Counted from the stretch's first letter, positions 50,551 to 61,419 are shown. The stretch is DNA of 64,000 nucleotides from Thermoprotei archaeon (GCA_003649205.1 QMRC01000001.1:64001-128000), one strand, 5' to 3'. Notes: generated by a model from the letters alone, not told the origin. Numbers and translations: made by a program.

Positions 50551-51054
50551 ATGTCATCTAAATGTCTTGTCGTCACAGTATGTTGCATTGCCTTACTCTG
50601 TTCAATGTCCATACTACTATCTAAGCAGCTTCACAGCACTCCTACCTTATTCATGCCTAGGGATCCAGAAGATCACGATGTCGAAGTTTCTTATGATGAG
50701 TCCTGTATGGCTGCTGTACATAGATACTACACAGAGCCAAGACCTTACTCGTGGTATAACTATGTTGTTTTTGAAGCCGAAATCTATTACTCAAATTGGC
50801 CACTCTACAATCCATGGTGTGAATTCTGGATTGCATGGTATGATCCAAGTACATATAAGCTGTACTGGTGGTGTGTATGGTGTATACATTACTTCTACTC
50901 ATCCTCAGGTTATTACACAAAGAGTTACTATGCTTTTATTGATGGTCCACCACCTACATTCGCTGCATCAATTGCGTGCAGTTGTACTTGGTGTCTTGTT
51001 AACAAAGATTGGTCTACAGCTAAAGCGCAAATCGGTCCTCCCGGTATGATGTGA
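50551..51054 (+). CDS. Orphan secreted protein rich in Trp/Tyr/Cys
   Basis: Signal-peptide-like N-terminus; GGTGG RBS; 10 W, 18 Y, 11 C in 167 aa. Confidence 0.65.
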   Translation: MSSKCLVVTVCCIALLCSMSILLSKQLHSTPTLFMPRDPEDHDVEVSYDESCMAAVHRYYTEPRPYSWYNYVVFEAEIYYSNWPLYNPWCEFWIAWYDPSTYKLYWWCVWCIHYFYSSSGYYTKSYYAFIDGPPPTFAASIACSCTWCLVNKDWSTAKAQIGPPGMM

Positions 51055-51067
51055 TGGAGGTGAGAAC

Positions 51068-52153
51068 ATGACTGGATTAGCCAGGAAGATCTCTAGTACT
51101 AAGACCAGGTACCTGATTACTGCTTTACTCTTTGGAATACTCTTACTAACAGTAGCTATGTTGTACCTGATTGCATCACCGAGGTTAGCAGTACATGGAG
51201 AGATTACAGAGAAAACCTCCACATATGTAACTCCGAAGATTAGGGAAGTAGAGGAAGCCAAAAAGAGTGTTGTAGCAGGTAAGTCTAGCAAATCAGCTAC
51301 ATCCATTCATGTCATGGAAAGTAAGTCAGCAACTCTAGCTGGTAAGGTATTCGTCTATAGAGTCTTAGGACGACAATTAACCTTAAGAATTAATAACGTA
51401 ACAGTGGTTGCTACCGGTAAGGACAGCATTGCTCAATTATATGTTTCAATAGTAAGGATTAGGGGAAAGTGCTACATTAACTGTACTCTAGTGGTTAAGG
51501 GTCTGTTGTGGTTTAGTAATCATACCAGTAGATTTGGTGTAATTAAGTTGAGTGAGTTGCTCCCTCCCGGTAATGCATTCTATCCAGTGATTGAATTGAG
51601 ACCAGTGATTCGGTTCTATAAGGTGTATCTATGTAGACCATACGCTGTAATGAAGACAGAAGAGTATAAGGTGAAGGGTAGAATTTGGAGAATAAACGTA
51701 ACTCTATACAGGTTGGTTAAGGTGAATGAAACATTCATTACTGGTAGAGCGTATGCGTATACGAAGGTTTACGTTAGTGAGGGAAGAGCTGTAGAGGAGC
51801 TGTATTGGTATAGCAACATGTCGTTGATAACTAGACGTGAGGCGATGAATCCTGTAATTATTGAGAGCATTAATAGGACATTGAGTATGCTTAACCTCAA
51901 AGTACTGAGATTGCTAAGTTACAGACACAATTATGAGCCATGGATCCCACAGCCTCTAGCTACACTCATACTGATAAATGAGACACATGGTATGGTCTAC
52001 AACATAGTACTTCCAGGGGCACCAACCGAAATAGGTTATCCAGAAGCTCCACTAAAGAAGTTGAAGTTGCTACCTATATCTAAGCTATGTGAGGAGTTAG
52101 GTATTGTTCATCCGTACATCGAACTTCACCTAGTAGATATCAGAAACTCGTAG
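51068..52153 (+). CDS. Orphan membrane-anchored extracellular protein
   Basis: GGAGGTGA RBS; one N-terminal TM helix, S/T/K linker, beta-rich domain with several N-x-S/T sequons. Confidence 0.75.
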   Translation: MTGLARKISSTKTRYLITALLFGILLLTVAMLYLIASPRLAVHGEITEKTSTYVTPKIREVEEAKKSVVAGKSSKSATSIHVMESKSATLAGKVFVYRVLGRQLTLRINNVTVVATGKDSIAQLYVSIVRIRGKCYINCTLVVKGLLWFSNHTSRFGVIKLSELLPPGNAFYPVIELRPVIRFYKVYLCRPYAVMKTEEYKVKGRIWRINVTLYRLVKVNETFITGRAYAYTKVYVSEGRAVEELYWYSNMSLITRREAMNPVIIESINRTLSMLNLKVLRLLSYRHNYEPWIPQPLATLILINETHGMVYNIVLPGAPTEIGYPEAPLKKLKLLPISKLCEELGIVHPYIELHLVDIRNS

Positions 52154-52183
52154 GTACTTAGATGATGAATTAGAGTTATTGAA

Positions 52184-52906
52184 TTACTCTTTCTTCTTTT
52201 GTGCCAGGTACTCCTCAATTAACTTCCTTATCCTCTCAGTTAGACCAGGTACGTGACTCTCCCTCTCAATTTTCTTAATTAACCTAGCTACGAATAGCTC
52301 ATCCTCTAGAGATTTACCCTGAATTAAAATCCAACCATTTTGACCAACAATTATGTCACACTCTAGACTTGACTTAATCAAGTTGATCATAGTACCCTTC
52401 CTACCTATTACACGTGGTACCTTAGCTGGATCAATCTCTATCAACGTACCCTCTCTCTTCCTACCTAACTTACCACCCTCCTTAATCGATATTACGAGAT
52501 TCTCCCTAGTAACATCAGCTATCAGTACCTTAGCAACAACAACATCTCCTCTATTGAGTATGTTTGCTAGATTCTCCTTAGCTATATCAACGAATCTCGT
52601 AGTTGCTTCAGAAACAGGGAGAAATGCTAGATATGGTGCATTTATGTCAACGTACCAACCTGTCAACCCAATCTCTATTACCTTACCAACAACAACGTCA
52701 CCAACCCTTGGTGTGTAGACACTACTTAGCGATATTACGTGGACAATGTTTTTCTCCCTAAGTTCTGCAAGTCCAACAGCGCTAGCGTAGATCTTATTGC
52801 CCTCAGCATAAGCTGCTCCACTCGGTACGTAGTTTCCCTCAGCTAGTAACTCTCCAGGTAGTACTAGCTGTCTATGTTTGAAGTATATCGGCACCCCAGT
52901 CACCAA
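52184..52906 (-). CDS. rrp4: Exosome RNA-binding cap Rrp4
   Basis: VLPGE, YTPRVGDVVVG S1 domain, PRVIGRKG KH, VGQNG. Confidence 0.95.
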   Translation of the reverse strand: MVTGVPIYFKHRQLVLPGELLAEGNYVPSGAAYAEGNKIYASAVGLAELREKNIVHVISLSSVYTPRVGDVVVGKVIEIGLTGWYVDINAPYLAFLPVSEATTRFVDIAKENLANILNRGDVVVAKVLIADVTRENLVISIKEGGKLGRKREGTLIEIDPAKVPRVIGRKGTMINLIKSSLECDIIVGQNGWILIQGKSLEDELFVARLIKKIERESHVPGLTERIRKLIEEYLAQKKKE

Positions 52907-52938
52907 CCAGAGAACTAACTATTGCTGCTTAGTGAGTG

Positions 52939-53637
52939 CTACTTGACGGATATTATCTTGACCTCTCCCTGACCCTTAGTTATCTCATTTATCTTACTGA
53001 TGAGCGTTTCCTGGAGACCAGCTGGTATCTCTACCTCAGCTATCCAAGTTCCATCTGTCTGGTAGTTGCTCCTAAGTATCTTACCAACCTTAGCTACATA
53101 GCCATACGCCTTGCTTACGAATTGAGGAGGTATCTTTATGCCGACGATAGCTTTCGCCATTCTTATCGGTAGGATCTTCTGTAGGTACTTGAGTATTGTC
53201 GGTATCTGCTCCTCAACTGACTTAAATGGATCAATTGGTGCTCCACTCTGTTCAAGAGCCATCTCTATCCTCATTACTGGGTGAGGTAGATTTGTTCTTG
53301 GATCAATACAGTTCCTGTGTATGAATTCAATAATCTGTCTCTTCTTCTCCTCAATCATCTTCTTTCTCTGCTCAGCGGTTAGCAGTAGCTCACCCTTCTT
53401 AATTATGGTTTCAGCAATTTTCCTAACGTCAGTAGTCCCAAAGACCTTCCTTAAAGATGCTTCTGATGCTCTCAAACCCTTCTTAGCGTCTTTATACACG
53501 GTATCGCTTATCAAGACCTTATCTATACTTACACTCTTACCTAGCTTAAGCTCTAGAGCTCTGTCTGGATCAACAAGTATCTCAAATCTCTCTCCTTGAG
53601 CTTCGTACCTAGCTATTGTGTACTTCCTAGATGACAA
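52939..53637 (-). CDS. Ribosome maturation factor SBDS/Sdo1
   Basis: GERFEILV, DAKKG, FGTTD, DPRTNLPHP. Confidence 0.95.
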   Translation of the reverse strand: MSSRKYTIARYEAQGERFEILVDPDRALELKLGKSVSIDKVLISDTVYKDAKKGLRASEASLRKVFGTTDVRKIAETIIKKGELLLTAEQRKKMIEEKKRQIIEFIHRNCIDPRTNLPHPVMRIEMALEQSGAPIDPFKSVEEQIPTILKYLQKILPIRMAKAIVGIKIPPQFVSKAYGYVAKVGKILRSNYQTDGTWIAEVEIPAGLQETLISKINEITKGQGEVKIISVK

Positions 53638-53639
53638 GT

Positions 53640-54380
53640 CTAGACACCTCTCATCTTCATAAGCTCTATATACCTATCTATCTCTGAAGTTGTTAGCTTT
53701 TTGAACTGCTTAGTCTTAACATCAATCACAGCAATTTCTACCCTTGTAGAGTCGATTCCCCCTTCGACAACAGCATTTAGTGAATATAGAGCAAGTATTA
53801 TAGCATCGTCCAGACTCATGTCATAGCTGTACTTCTTCTCAAGTATATCAACAACTGTCGAGCTACCACCACCTATAGCGTACGCGTAGTAGCCAATGTA
53901 CACACCACTTGGCTCAGTCATGAAGAGCTGAGGACCCTTCCTATCAACACCACCAAAGAGAAACGCTACACCAAATGGCCTAACACCACCGTGCTGTGTA
54001 TACGCTTGCTTTATGTCACATATCTTACTTACAAGAACCTCTACATCAATAGGCTCATCATAAAGCAACCTATTGAGTAACGCGTACTCTCTCGCAATCT
54101 CAATCAATACTCTAGCATCTGAAGCAATCCCCGCAAACGCAGCAGCAATATGATCATCAATCTTGTGAACCTTCTCAACAGACGCAGTATCCTGAAGCTT
54201 AGTTACTCTTCTCTTCTCAACAGCCAATACAACACCCTCCCTACACCTAACACCTACAGTGGTCCATCCCCTCTTCACAGCTTCAAAAGCGTACTCTACC
54301 TGATATAGTCGACCATCAGGACTAAATATCGTTATTGCACGATCATACCCCATCGCAGGTGGTGTGTACATGGTAGTCAC
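53640..54380 (-). CDS. psmA: Proteasome alpha subunit
   Basis: YDRAITIFSPDGRLYQVEYA, GVRPFGV. Confidence 0.97.
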   Translation of the reverse strand: MTTMYTPPAMGYDRAITIFSPDGRLYQVEYAFEAVKRGWTTVGVRCREGVVLAVEKRRVTKLQDTASVEKVHKIDDHIAAAFAGIASDARVLIEIAREYALLNRLLYDEPIDVEVLVSKICDIKQAYTQHGGVRPFGVAFLFGGVDRKGPQLFMTEPSGVYIGYYAYAIGGGSSTVVDILEKKYSYDMSLDDAIILALYSLNAVVEGGIDSTRVEIAVIDVKTKQFKKLTTSEIDRYIELMKMRGV

Positions 54381-54841
54381 TTCAGTTCTCTAATAGGTTT
54401 GGTTTGTTTTAAAAGGTATCTTCTCGTACAGGACGAAATCAAAAACTAAAACATAAATCAGTAAGCATCGACTAGGTCTCATTCGGTGAGTGTAGTAACT
54501 GGACTTGAGCTAATAACATCACCAGTGAAGAAGTCACGAATCATCTAATTGATTATCTCTAAGCCAACAACGTCAAAGCTACTTTCAAAAACAAAATCAG
54601 TAACTCCTTCCTGTCCATAGCCTTATTCACAGATATGCTCACATCAATCACTAGAGGTAGAAGATAATTGCTGTGTTAAGGAGTGTATAAGAGCAGAAGT
54701 CGAAACGGTACCACATTATTAGACGGTGACTTTATGATGAAGCTAGCTAGTTGTAACGATAGATCTCCAGTATCTTCTCTTATTGCTTTGAGCTAAAGTC
54801 TTCTCTACTCAAAGTCTCTTCTCAGAGACATGTAACGTCAA

Positions 54842-56101
54842 TTACTTACCCTCGTAGAGATCTCCTACTCGAATCCTTGTAGTGAGTCCTTCTAGGTTAA
54901 AGCTCTTCATGTAGTACTTGATGCTGTTCTTTAGCTCGTTAACTATAGTACCTCTACTATCAATCCCTATCTTCTCTAGGTTTGTAAACAACTCTTTGAG
55001 CGCTTCATCAACTCTCGAATTACACCACACATACCTCGTACATATTCCCATTAAGAACTCGTCTTCCCGTAGCTTCTCTGGATTCTTAGTGTACTTTCTC
55101 CACCTACCATCCTTTAGCACCTCCTCATAGAGTACATTCTCTATTCTCGATGTATGAGTGATGACTCCTCTTCTCGCAAGATCTTTCTCCATGCTCGCAA
55201 GTTTCTTCACAACTCTATACATGAGATCAGCATACATAGGTCCTATATTAGCTCCACCAATACCTAACCTTGGGAACTCTGTGGGATTTGCAACATAATC
55301 AGCTGAGTGAACCTTTAAGAAGAGTCCGTAGGTTGACGCTAGTTGAACAAGCTGACTCGCCTTACACACATCAAGTCTATTCATTGGAGAAACCTTTGTA
55401 CCTACATCACCTACCACAAATAGGATTCGTGCCTCATTTAGACCCCTTTCCTTAATCCCCTTCACTACGTACCGTATTAACTCATTAATGTATTCAACAT
55501 CTCTATACACCCACCTATCACTTCCAATCTCGTAGTTTATTGGCTTACGTCCTAGAGATCTACGAATCTCTTCGGCATAATCCAAAAGCTCAAGTGTTCT
55601 TCTCGCTACGGTTTCCGGATCTAGGTTTGGATTATGTGGATCAACCGTCGTATCTATGTGTATCAAATCGTAACCTGCCTGGATGGCAGCCTCTATAGAC
55701 TTCTTCGTAGCCTCCATAGCTTTATCGAGATCGTACCCTTCGATAATATGCCTATCATTAAGCCAGGGACCTCCATGATCGAGACTTATGATTACAGGGA
55801 CATTAACATTGAGCCTACGAACCACATCCCTAACATACCTGACAAACGTGTCAGGTGTCCAACCAGTATACCCCCCATCAATATCTACTTGGTTCAGCGA
55901 GGCAATGAAAACAATAGGTGCGGCAGCCTCCTTAGCAGCTAGGAGAGCTGATTCTACAACAATGGGTGAGATAGGTGACACACCAAGTAGAGTAATGGGC
56001 TGTTTCAGCATATGGTAAGAAGTTTTAAGGATAAGCTCCGGTAGTGGCATGTATTGTCGCGTGGAGTGATTACTGGTAGAAGTCGAACAGACCATGGTCA
56101 C
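54842..56101 (-). CDS. GatZ/KbaZ-like protein (probable hexose-6-phosphate C4-epimerase)
   Basis: ASLNQVDIDGGYTGWTP, LDHGGPW, HID, YEIG, ANIGP. Confidence 0.85.
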   Translation of the reverse strand: MTMVCSTSTSNHSTRQYMPLPELILKTSYHMLKQPITLLGVSPISPIVVESALLAAKEAAAPIVFIASLNQVDIDGGYTGWTPDTFVRYVRDVVRRLNVNVPVIISLDHGGPWLNDRHIIEGYDLDKAMEATKKSIEAAIQAGYDLIHIDTTVDPHNPNLDPETVARRTLELLDYAEEIRRSLGRKPINYEIGSDRWVYRDVEYINELIRYVVKGIKERGLNEARILFVVGDVGTKVSPMNRLDVCKASQLVQLASTYGLFLKVHSADYVANPTEFPRLGIGGANIGPMYADLMYRVVKKLASMEKDLARRGVITHTSRIENVLYEEVLKDGRWRKYTKNPEKLREDEFLMGICTRYVWCNSRVDEALKELFTNLEKIGIDSRGTIVNELKNSIKYYMKSFNLEGLTTRIRVGDLYEGK

Positions 56102-56248
56102 ACCTTACCAGTTAATAGATGCCTAACAGTATTTTAAGTCTAGGTCAACAAGGTAATCTAGTAATTATCAGTAATAATTAGTAGTTTGAAAATAATGAGT
56201 CAAGGTGGTGTTGTGAATAGTATTAACGATAGAAATGTCGGGTTCTAG

Positions 56249-57244
56249 CTATTCCCGTCCTAGCACTCTATCTATACCTGAAGATACTTTATCTACCACT
56301 TCCTGATCGATGCTGTATCCCTTAAGACGTAAACCATATATTATCGAACCCAACACAGCTTTATACCCTGTAATTGGCTCCTTAATCATAGCGTAGGGCA
56401 GAAACCTCCTCACATTCTCTTCAAATGATGCTCTTACAATACGCGATCTGTAGACACTACCTACACCACCAACTATAATGTCTCTATCTCCTTCCATACC
56501 GAGTTTCTTCGCTACAGAGTAAGCCGAAAGAGCTAACTCATACCCTGCTCTCTCAAGAATTCTTCTAGCTACTCTATCGCCTTTTTGCGCCTCTTCATCT
56601 ACAATAACGGCTATCCGAGCTATTGCAGATATATCGTCATAGAGCTTGTTCTGGTAGATAATGGGTATTATGTCGAGAAGATCCTTTACCCCAAAATACT
56701 CCTTCAACCTATCAACAAGAGAAGTCTCCTCACCACGTTCATCGTAAGCTCTTGAAGCTGCGTTCAATGCCTGCAAAGCAATCCACGAGCTACTTCCTTC
56801 ATCTCCAAAGAGCCAACCCCAACCACTGGATCTAGCTGTCTCCCCTCTCTTATTCATCCCATATGCTATAGCTCCAGTACCAGCTATGACTGCAATCCCG
56901 GGATTACCCCACGTAACTGTGTAAAATGCTGATATGGCGTCGTGTATTATAGATGTCTTATCTGGTGAAAGACCAAGCTCTCTAGCGTAATTTTCAGCTA
57001 GCTTATAATCGGCCTTCGTATCCAATCCCGCCCAACTAATAACGATAAGATCAAGCTCCCTTAAGCTCAGACCTACGCCTTTCAAACAACTGTTTATAGC
57101 ATCACTAAGATTTCGAATAATGAGCTCCCTACCAAGAGTAATGTCTGCGGGTCCAGCAATGCCATAACTTAAAACATTTAAAGTATCGTCTAAGAGAACC
57201 GCAATAGTCTTAGTCTTCCCAGTATCAATAGCAAGCATGTACAT
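56249..57244 (-). CDS. BadF/BadG-family sugar (GlcNAc-type) kinase
   Basis: IDTGKTKT, HDA, IAGTG, GGWGWLFGDEGS-like motif (SGWGWLFGDEGS). Confidence 0.88.
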   Translation of the reverse strand: MYMLAIDTGKTKTIAVLLDDTLNVLSYGIAGPADITLGRELIIRNLSDAINSCLKGVGLSLRELDLIVISWAGLDTKADYKLAENYARELGLSPDKTSIIHDAISAFYTVTWGNPGIAVIAGTGAIAYGMNKRGETARSSGWGWLFGDEGSSSWIALQALNAASRAYDERGEETSLVDRLKEYFGVKDLLDIIPIIYQNKLYDDISAIARIAVIVDEEAQKGDRVARRILERAGYELALSAYSVAKKLGMEGDRDIIVGGVGSVYRSRIVRASFEENVRRFLPYAMIKEPITGYKAVLGSIIYGLRLKGYSIDQEVVDKVSSGIDRVLGRE

Positions 57245-57478
57245 ATAGTACGCACCTCACATACTTCATTGATTACCTTCATCAAATATTAACAGGTTGC
57301 GCTATGTAGAATAGATAATCTTTCCATTACAGAGAACATCAACTAGACCTATCATGCTAGTGACTCGAACATTCATCATAAAAGCTCAATACAGCTTTGT
57401 CTCTTCAGTAATATTTGCATCATCTAATGCGCTTTTTCAATCCCTATATACAAGCAAGAAAGATTTTATAGAGATCTC

Positions 57479-58606
57479 ATGATATTTGTTACAACAGGGC
57501 TGAGGGTTATGGTCGAGGTTAAAGTTGAAGGTATAGTCAAGAGGTACGGAGCTGTTGAGGCTTTAAAGGGTATTTCACTACGTGCTCGAAGTGGTGAGCT
57601 GGTTTGTATTCTAGGACCAAGTGGATCAGGGAAGTCAACACTTCTCCGCATAATAGCAGGACTGCTAATGCCCGATGAGGGTAAGGTCTTCTTCGACACT
57701 GAGGACGTAACTTACCTACCTCCGTGGAAGCGTAATGTTGGTTTTGTATTTCAAAACATAGCACTATTTCCACACATGACAGTCTACGATAATATAGCCT
57801 TTGGTCTGAAGCTCAGGAAGTTACCTAAGAAGGAAATCGATAGAAAGGTCAAGGAAGTGCTTAAACTAGTTAGGCTAGAGGGGTACGAGAAGAGAAGGCC
57901 TAGTCAACTGAGTGGAGGTGAAGCACAACGTGTAGCCATAGCACGTGCTCTAGTCATAGACCCTAAGGTACTGCTCTTCGATGAGCCCTTAGGGCATTTA
58001 GATGCGAAACTTCGTGACGAGCTAAAATTCGAGATCAGGAGAATTCAAAGAGAGACGAAAAAGACAGCCATATACGTTACACACGATCAAGCAGAAGCAT
58101 TCGCCATAGCTGATTACATCTACATACTTAACCGTGGAGTTATCGAACAGGGAGGAACACCCATAGAGCTGTACGCAAATCCCCAATCTCCCTTCATAGC
58201 AGACTTCGTAGGATCTAGTAATTTCCTTGAAGGTGTAGTTAGGGAAGTAGATAAGCATAGCTATCTAGTGAGTGTAGACATAGGGCCTCTAGAAATCAAA
58301 GTTAGAGGAAGCGCTGATTTGCTACCCAATAATTCAGTTGTTGTCGCTATTAGACCCGAGGACATAGAGATTACGCAGAGTCCTAGTGAGGTTGAAGAGT
58401 TAAGAAGGAAATACCTCAATGTTATCGAGGGTAGTATTCAGAGGAAAATATTCGTAGGACCCTACCTGAGGCTAGAGGTAGATATAGGGTACAGGGAGTC
58501 TCTTAAGGTGGATGTCTATGGTGAAAGAAGATTCAAATTCATAAATCTGCCCATAGGCACGAGAGTATTCATAGCATTCTCCAGGGCTGCAGTATTCAAG
58601 AAGTAG
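57479..58606 (+). CDS. ABC importer ATP-binding subunit (PotA/MalK-like, TOBE)
   Basis: GPSGSGKS, FQNIALFPH, LSGGEAQR, DEPL, VTHDQ. Confidence 0.92.
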   Translation: MIFVTTGLRVMVEVKVEGIVKRYGAVEALKGISLRARSGELVCILGPSGSGKSTLLRIIAGLLMPDEGKVFFDTEDVTYLPPWKRNVGFVFQNIALFPHMTVYDNIAFGLKLRKLPKKEIDRKVKEVLKLVRLEGYEKRRPSQLSGGEAQRVAIARALVIDPKVLLFDEPLGHLDAKLRDELKFEIRRIQRETKKTAIYVTHDQAEAFAIADYIYILNRGVIEQGGTPIELYANPQSPFIADFVGSSNFLEGVVREVDKHSYLVSVDIGPLEIKVRGSADLLPNNSVVVAIRPEDIEITQSPSEVEELRRKYLNVIEGSIQRKIFVGPYLRLEVDIGYRESLKVDVYGERRFKFINLPIGTRVFIAFSRAAVFKK

Positions 58607-59661
58607 AAGTAGCTTTTTTTCTCTTCAAACAGTAGCTCTAGACTATATGTGCTGAGGATTGCTTTCTCAACCTTAACGTAGTAACATACATACCCTGGTG
58701 GTGCGTAGGGAGAGATAGAGAACTCGAGATTTCCTAAGAGCGGTATGGTTACTTTCTTAAGAATCATACTTCTGGGTGCAATTATGTAGAGGCTTAAAGG
58801 TGATGTGAATCCTAACTTAAATACGTACCTCACTAAGGCTCCCTCTCTATCCCCTCTCACGAACCCACTGTAGGCTACAGTAACCCCATTCGCATCGGAA
58901 GGCCATAGACTAACGTTGAGTAGATAATGATCGTTGATTGCCTTGATCCTAAGTACCTCGTCAATATCTCTGCCGATAGTTGAGGGACCATAGTTACTCA
59001 GCGGCCACCAAACTCCTCTACGAGGTACTACCTTTTTCACGAACATCTCTAACGATAGGTAACTCTTGCGAAGCGTGAAGTTCTCCAAGCGTGGTGCTAT
59101 GAAGAGCTTTTGAGTAAGGTTATGAGGAGCCCTTATGTACCAGTGCCATACCTCAACGAAACTGGAGTTCCTGAATATGAGTAGGAGAGCTTCACTCTTA
59201 AGTACAGGTGCGGAGTAGTAACTCAGATAAGCATAGAAGCTTCTCTCTAAAGTCATATTTCTACCAGTGTACCCAACGTGAATCAATATATGGCCTTTAA
59301 CGAGACTAGGCTTTCCTGTAGTGTTTCCTCCTCTTTCTAGACTTAGCGTTACGATTAGCTTTTCCTGTTTCTCAGCTACTTTAACCACTTTGAAGAAGCT
59401 ATGGGGCACTACCTCAAATCCACTGAAAACCCCTACAGTTTTCGGTAGTATAACCTCTAGGTGATCACCAGGCTTCAAGCAGATGTCATGGGATATTACG
59501 AGGATGTGGAGAGGTGCTATGCCCTGGCTATATTTCTTACTCGATATTATCTGGAGAGGACGATGTATTGGTATGGGTGCTGCAAGCATCATCACGACAA
59601 TTATTACAGGTATAGAGACTGAGAGTAAAAATAAGAGGTATTTACGAGGCAATGACTTCAC
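58516..59661 (-). CDS. Hypothetical membrane-anchored protein
   Basis: GGAGGTGA RBS, N-terminal TM helix, follows the permeases; 3' end overlaps the convergent ATPase gene by 91 nt. Confidence 0.65.
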   Translation of the reverse strand: MKSLPRKYLLFLLSVSIPVIIVVMMLAAPIPIHRPLQIISSKKYSQGIAPLHILVISHDICLKPGDHLEVILPKTVGVFSGFEVVPHSFFKVVKVAEKQEKLIVTLSLERGGNTTGKPSLVKGHILIHVGYTGRNMTLERSFYAYLSYYSAPVLKSEALLLIFRNSSFVEVWHWYIRAPHNLTQKLFIAPRLENFTLRKSYLSLEMFVKKVVPRRGVWWPLSNYGPSTIGRDIDEVLRIKAINDHYLLNVSLWPSDANGVTVAYSGFVRGDREGALVRYVFKLGFTSPLSLYIIAPRSMILKKVTIPLLGNLEFSISPYAPPGYVCYYVKVEKAILSTYSLELLFEEKKSYFYFLNTAALENAMNTLVPMGRFMNLNLLSP

Positions 59662-59664
59662 CTC

Positions 59665-60471
59665 CTAGAAGACGAAGCCTGTTAAGTACTTTGTTCCTAT
59701 TGTTTTGAGGTACAGGAGCATCACTCCAAAGGTGGTTAGCTGTAGAATTGATGCTTCAGCAGCTACACGCCCCAGTAACCCCCACCATCTAATGTCAGAG
59801 TATAGCTTAACTGCTAGGAGATCCAAGCCCGGACCTGTTATGTACAGCGGTAGTAGGTAGTTGTTTATGCTCCATACGAATGTTAGGAGGAAGCCACTGA
59901 AGATACCCGGTCCTATGAGTGGAATTACAACTCTTAAAATTGTCTGTAGAGGTGTTGCTCCGAGAGTTTTTGCAGCCTCTTCGTAGGTAGGGTCTAGGCT
60001 CTTCAACGACACCAGTAGTGGCAACAGCATCATTGGGTAGCTCGTAGAAGCAAGACCTAAAACCGTTCCTAGGAGTGTTCCGTAGAGATGGTAGTAGCGA
60101 ATGTATACAGTTGAGAGCCCAACTCCTGCAACTACGTCAGGGGTAAACATTGGTACTACAAGTAGTGCTGTGATTACTCTCTTGAACTTAAATTCGTACT
60201 TACTGAGGACGTATGCAGGAGGAAAGGCTATGACAAAGTCAATTAACGCTACTAGTAACCCTACGAGAAGTGAATTCCCAAGAGCTTTCCAGTAACCCTC
60301 AGGTATCTCCATGAAGAACTTGAAGCCTATGAATACTATCCCTGTAGGTCTTCTAAGAGTTACAGCTCTGTAGAATATGAAGGCAAAGGGTGATATTATT
60401 ATGAACAGTACAAGTATTATGTAGAGGATTTTAGCAACAACATACATGTCCAGCCTTCTCATGGAGATCAC
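59665..60471 (-). CDS. ABC importer permease (PotC-like)
   Basis: EAA loop YEEAAKTLGA, TM helices. Confidence 0.9.
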   Translation of the reverse strand: MISMRRLDMYVVAKILYIILVLFIIISPFAFIFYRAVTLRRPTGIVFIGFKFFMEIPEGYWKALGNSLLVGLLVALIDFVIAFPPAYVLSKYEFKFKRVITALLVVPMFTPDVVAGVGLSTVYIRYYHLYGTLLGTVLGLASTSYPMMLLPLLVSLKSLDPTYEEAAKTLGATPLQTILRVVIPLIGPGIFSGFLLTFVWSINNYLLPLYITGPGLDLLAVKLYSDIRWWGLLGRVAAEASILQLTTFGVMLLYLKTIGTKYLTGFVF

Positions 60472-61313
60472 CTCAACATTCCTGTTACCTTAAATGTCAT
60501 GAATGTGATTAGTATTGTCATTGATATTAATATCACGGAGAGAGCCGCAGCTACACCATAGTCGTGTACGTGGAGTGCTAGGTGAACTATCTTAACAGTC
60601 ATTACGTCGCCTGCTCTCATTCCTCCGAGGAGCAGTGGTATGAGGTAGCCACCAAGATTCCACCCAAAGCAGGCTAGGAATCCCGCTATGGCACCATGGA
60701 GTGTTAGTGGGAATATGACTTTGAAGAACGCCTTTATAGGTGTAGCCCCTAGTGTAAGGGCGGCTTCTTCTATTGTTGGATCTATCTCTTGAAGGCTGGA
60801 AGATACGTATAGGACCATGAATGGTAGTGTAAATATTGAGAACCCAGCTATAACGGCGTAGGGTGTGTAAAGTACTTGTCTATAGGATACACCTAGTAAC
60901 TTGTATACAAAGTCAAAGATTCCTCCGGGTAAGAACATGTTCCACAGACCGTAAGATACGTAGAGGTCTCCGAAGTATGGGAAAATTAGTGATGCTCTGA
61001 GGACATTGTGAAATAGCACCTTCCTACGTGCAAGGATATATGCTAGGGGGTACCCTAGGATTAGGTCCACAATAGCTGCTGCTAGTGGTAGCTTTATAGA
61101 GTTCTCAATGCATCTAACGTACTCGCTAAACACTCTCGCATAATTGGTAAATCCTACGAAGCGGGGGGCTCCCATAATGAAGGAGTCACGATACGTTAGA
61201 CTTACTATGAACACGTGTAGTATGGGGATTACCCAGAACAGGGTTATGTAGAGTATCGTTGGTACTAGCGCTAGGTACACAACCACGCGACTTACGTTTG
61301 TGGTAAGTCGCAT
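60468..61313 (-). CDS. ABC importer permease (PotB-like)
   Basis: LGYPLAY, IEEAALTLGA, IPLLLGG. Confidence 0.9.
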   Translation of the reverse strand: MRLTTNVSRVVVYLALVPTILYITLFWVIPILHVFIVSLTYRDSFIMGAPRFVGFTNYARVFSEYVRCIENSIKLPLAAAIVDLILGYPLAYILARRKVLFHNVLRASLIFPYFGDLYVSYGLWNMFLPGGIFDFVYKLLGVSYRQVLYTPYAVIAGFSIFTLPFMVLYVSSSLQEIDPTIEEAALTLGATPIKAFFKVIFPLTLHGAIAGFLACFGWNLGGYLIPLLLGGMRAGDVMTVKIVHLALHVHDYGVAAALSVILISMTILITFMTFKVTGMLR

Positions 61314-61363
61314 ATAGCATCACCAAGTACGTATTTTCACGATTTAAGTCTAGATAACTAGGT

Positions 61364-61382
61364 AAAAAGGTTAGAAAAAAGA
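61364..61382 (-). terminator. Oligo(T) tracts after the substrate-binding protein gene (archaeal-type intrinsic terminator/attenuator)
   Basis: Minus strand TCTTTTTTCTAACCTTTTT between the SBP and first permease. Confidence 0.45.
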
Positions 61383-61419
61383 TTGTTATTTGGTTTCGGT
61401 GTAGAAAGGTAGGAGAGTA

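Noticed and set aside
50543-51049. 168-aa ORF overlapping the secreted orphan in another frame
   Set aside because: No signal peptide and less protein-like; the 50551 frame has an RBS and couples to the next gene. Treated as a shadow ORF, though dual coding is not excluded.
57330-57425. Minus-strand AUGAUGA with a 12-nt spacer
   Set aside because: D' and D boxes lack the GA needed for k-turns.
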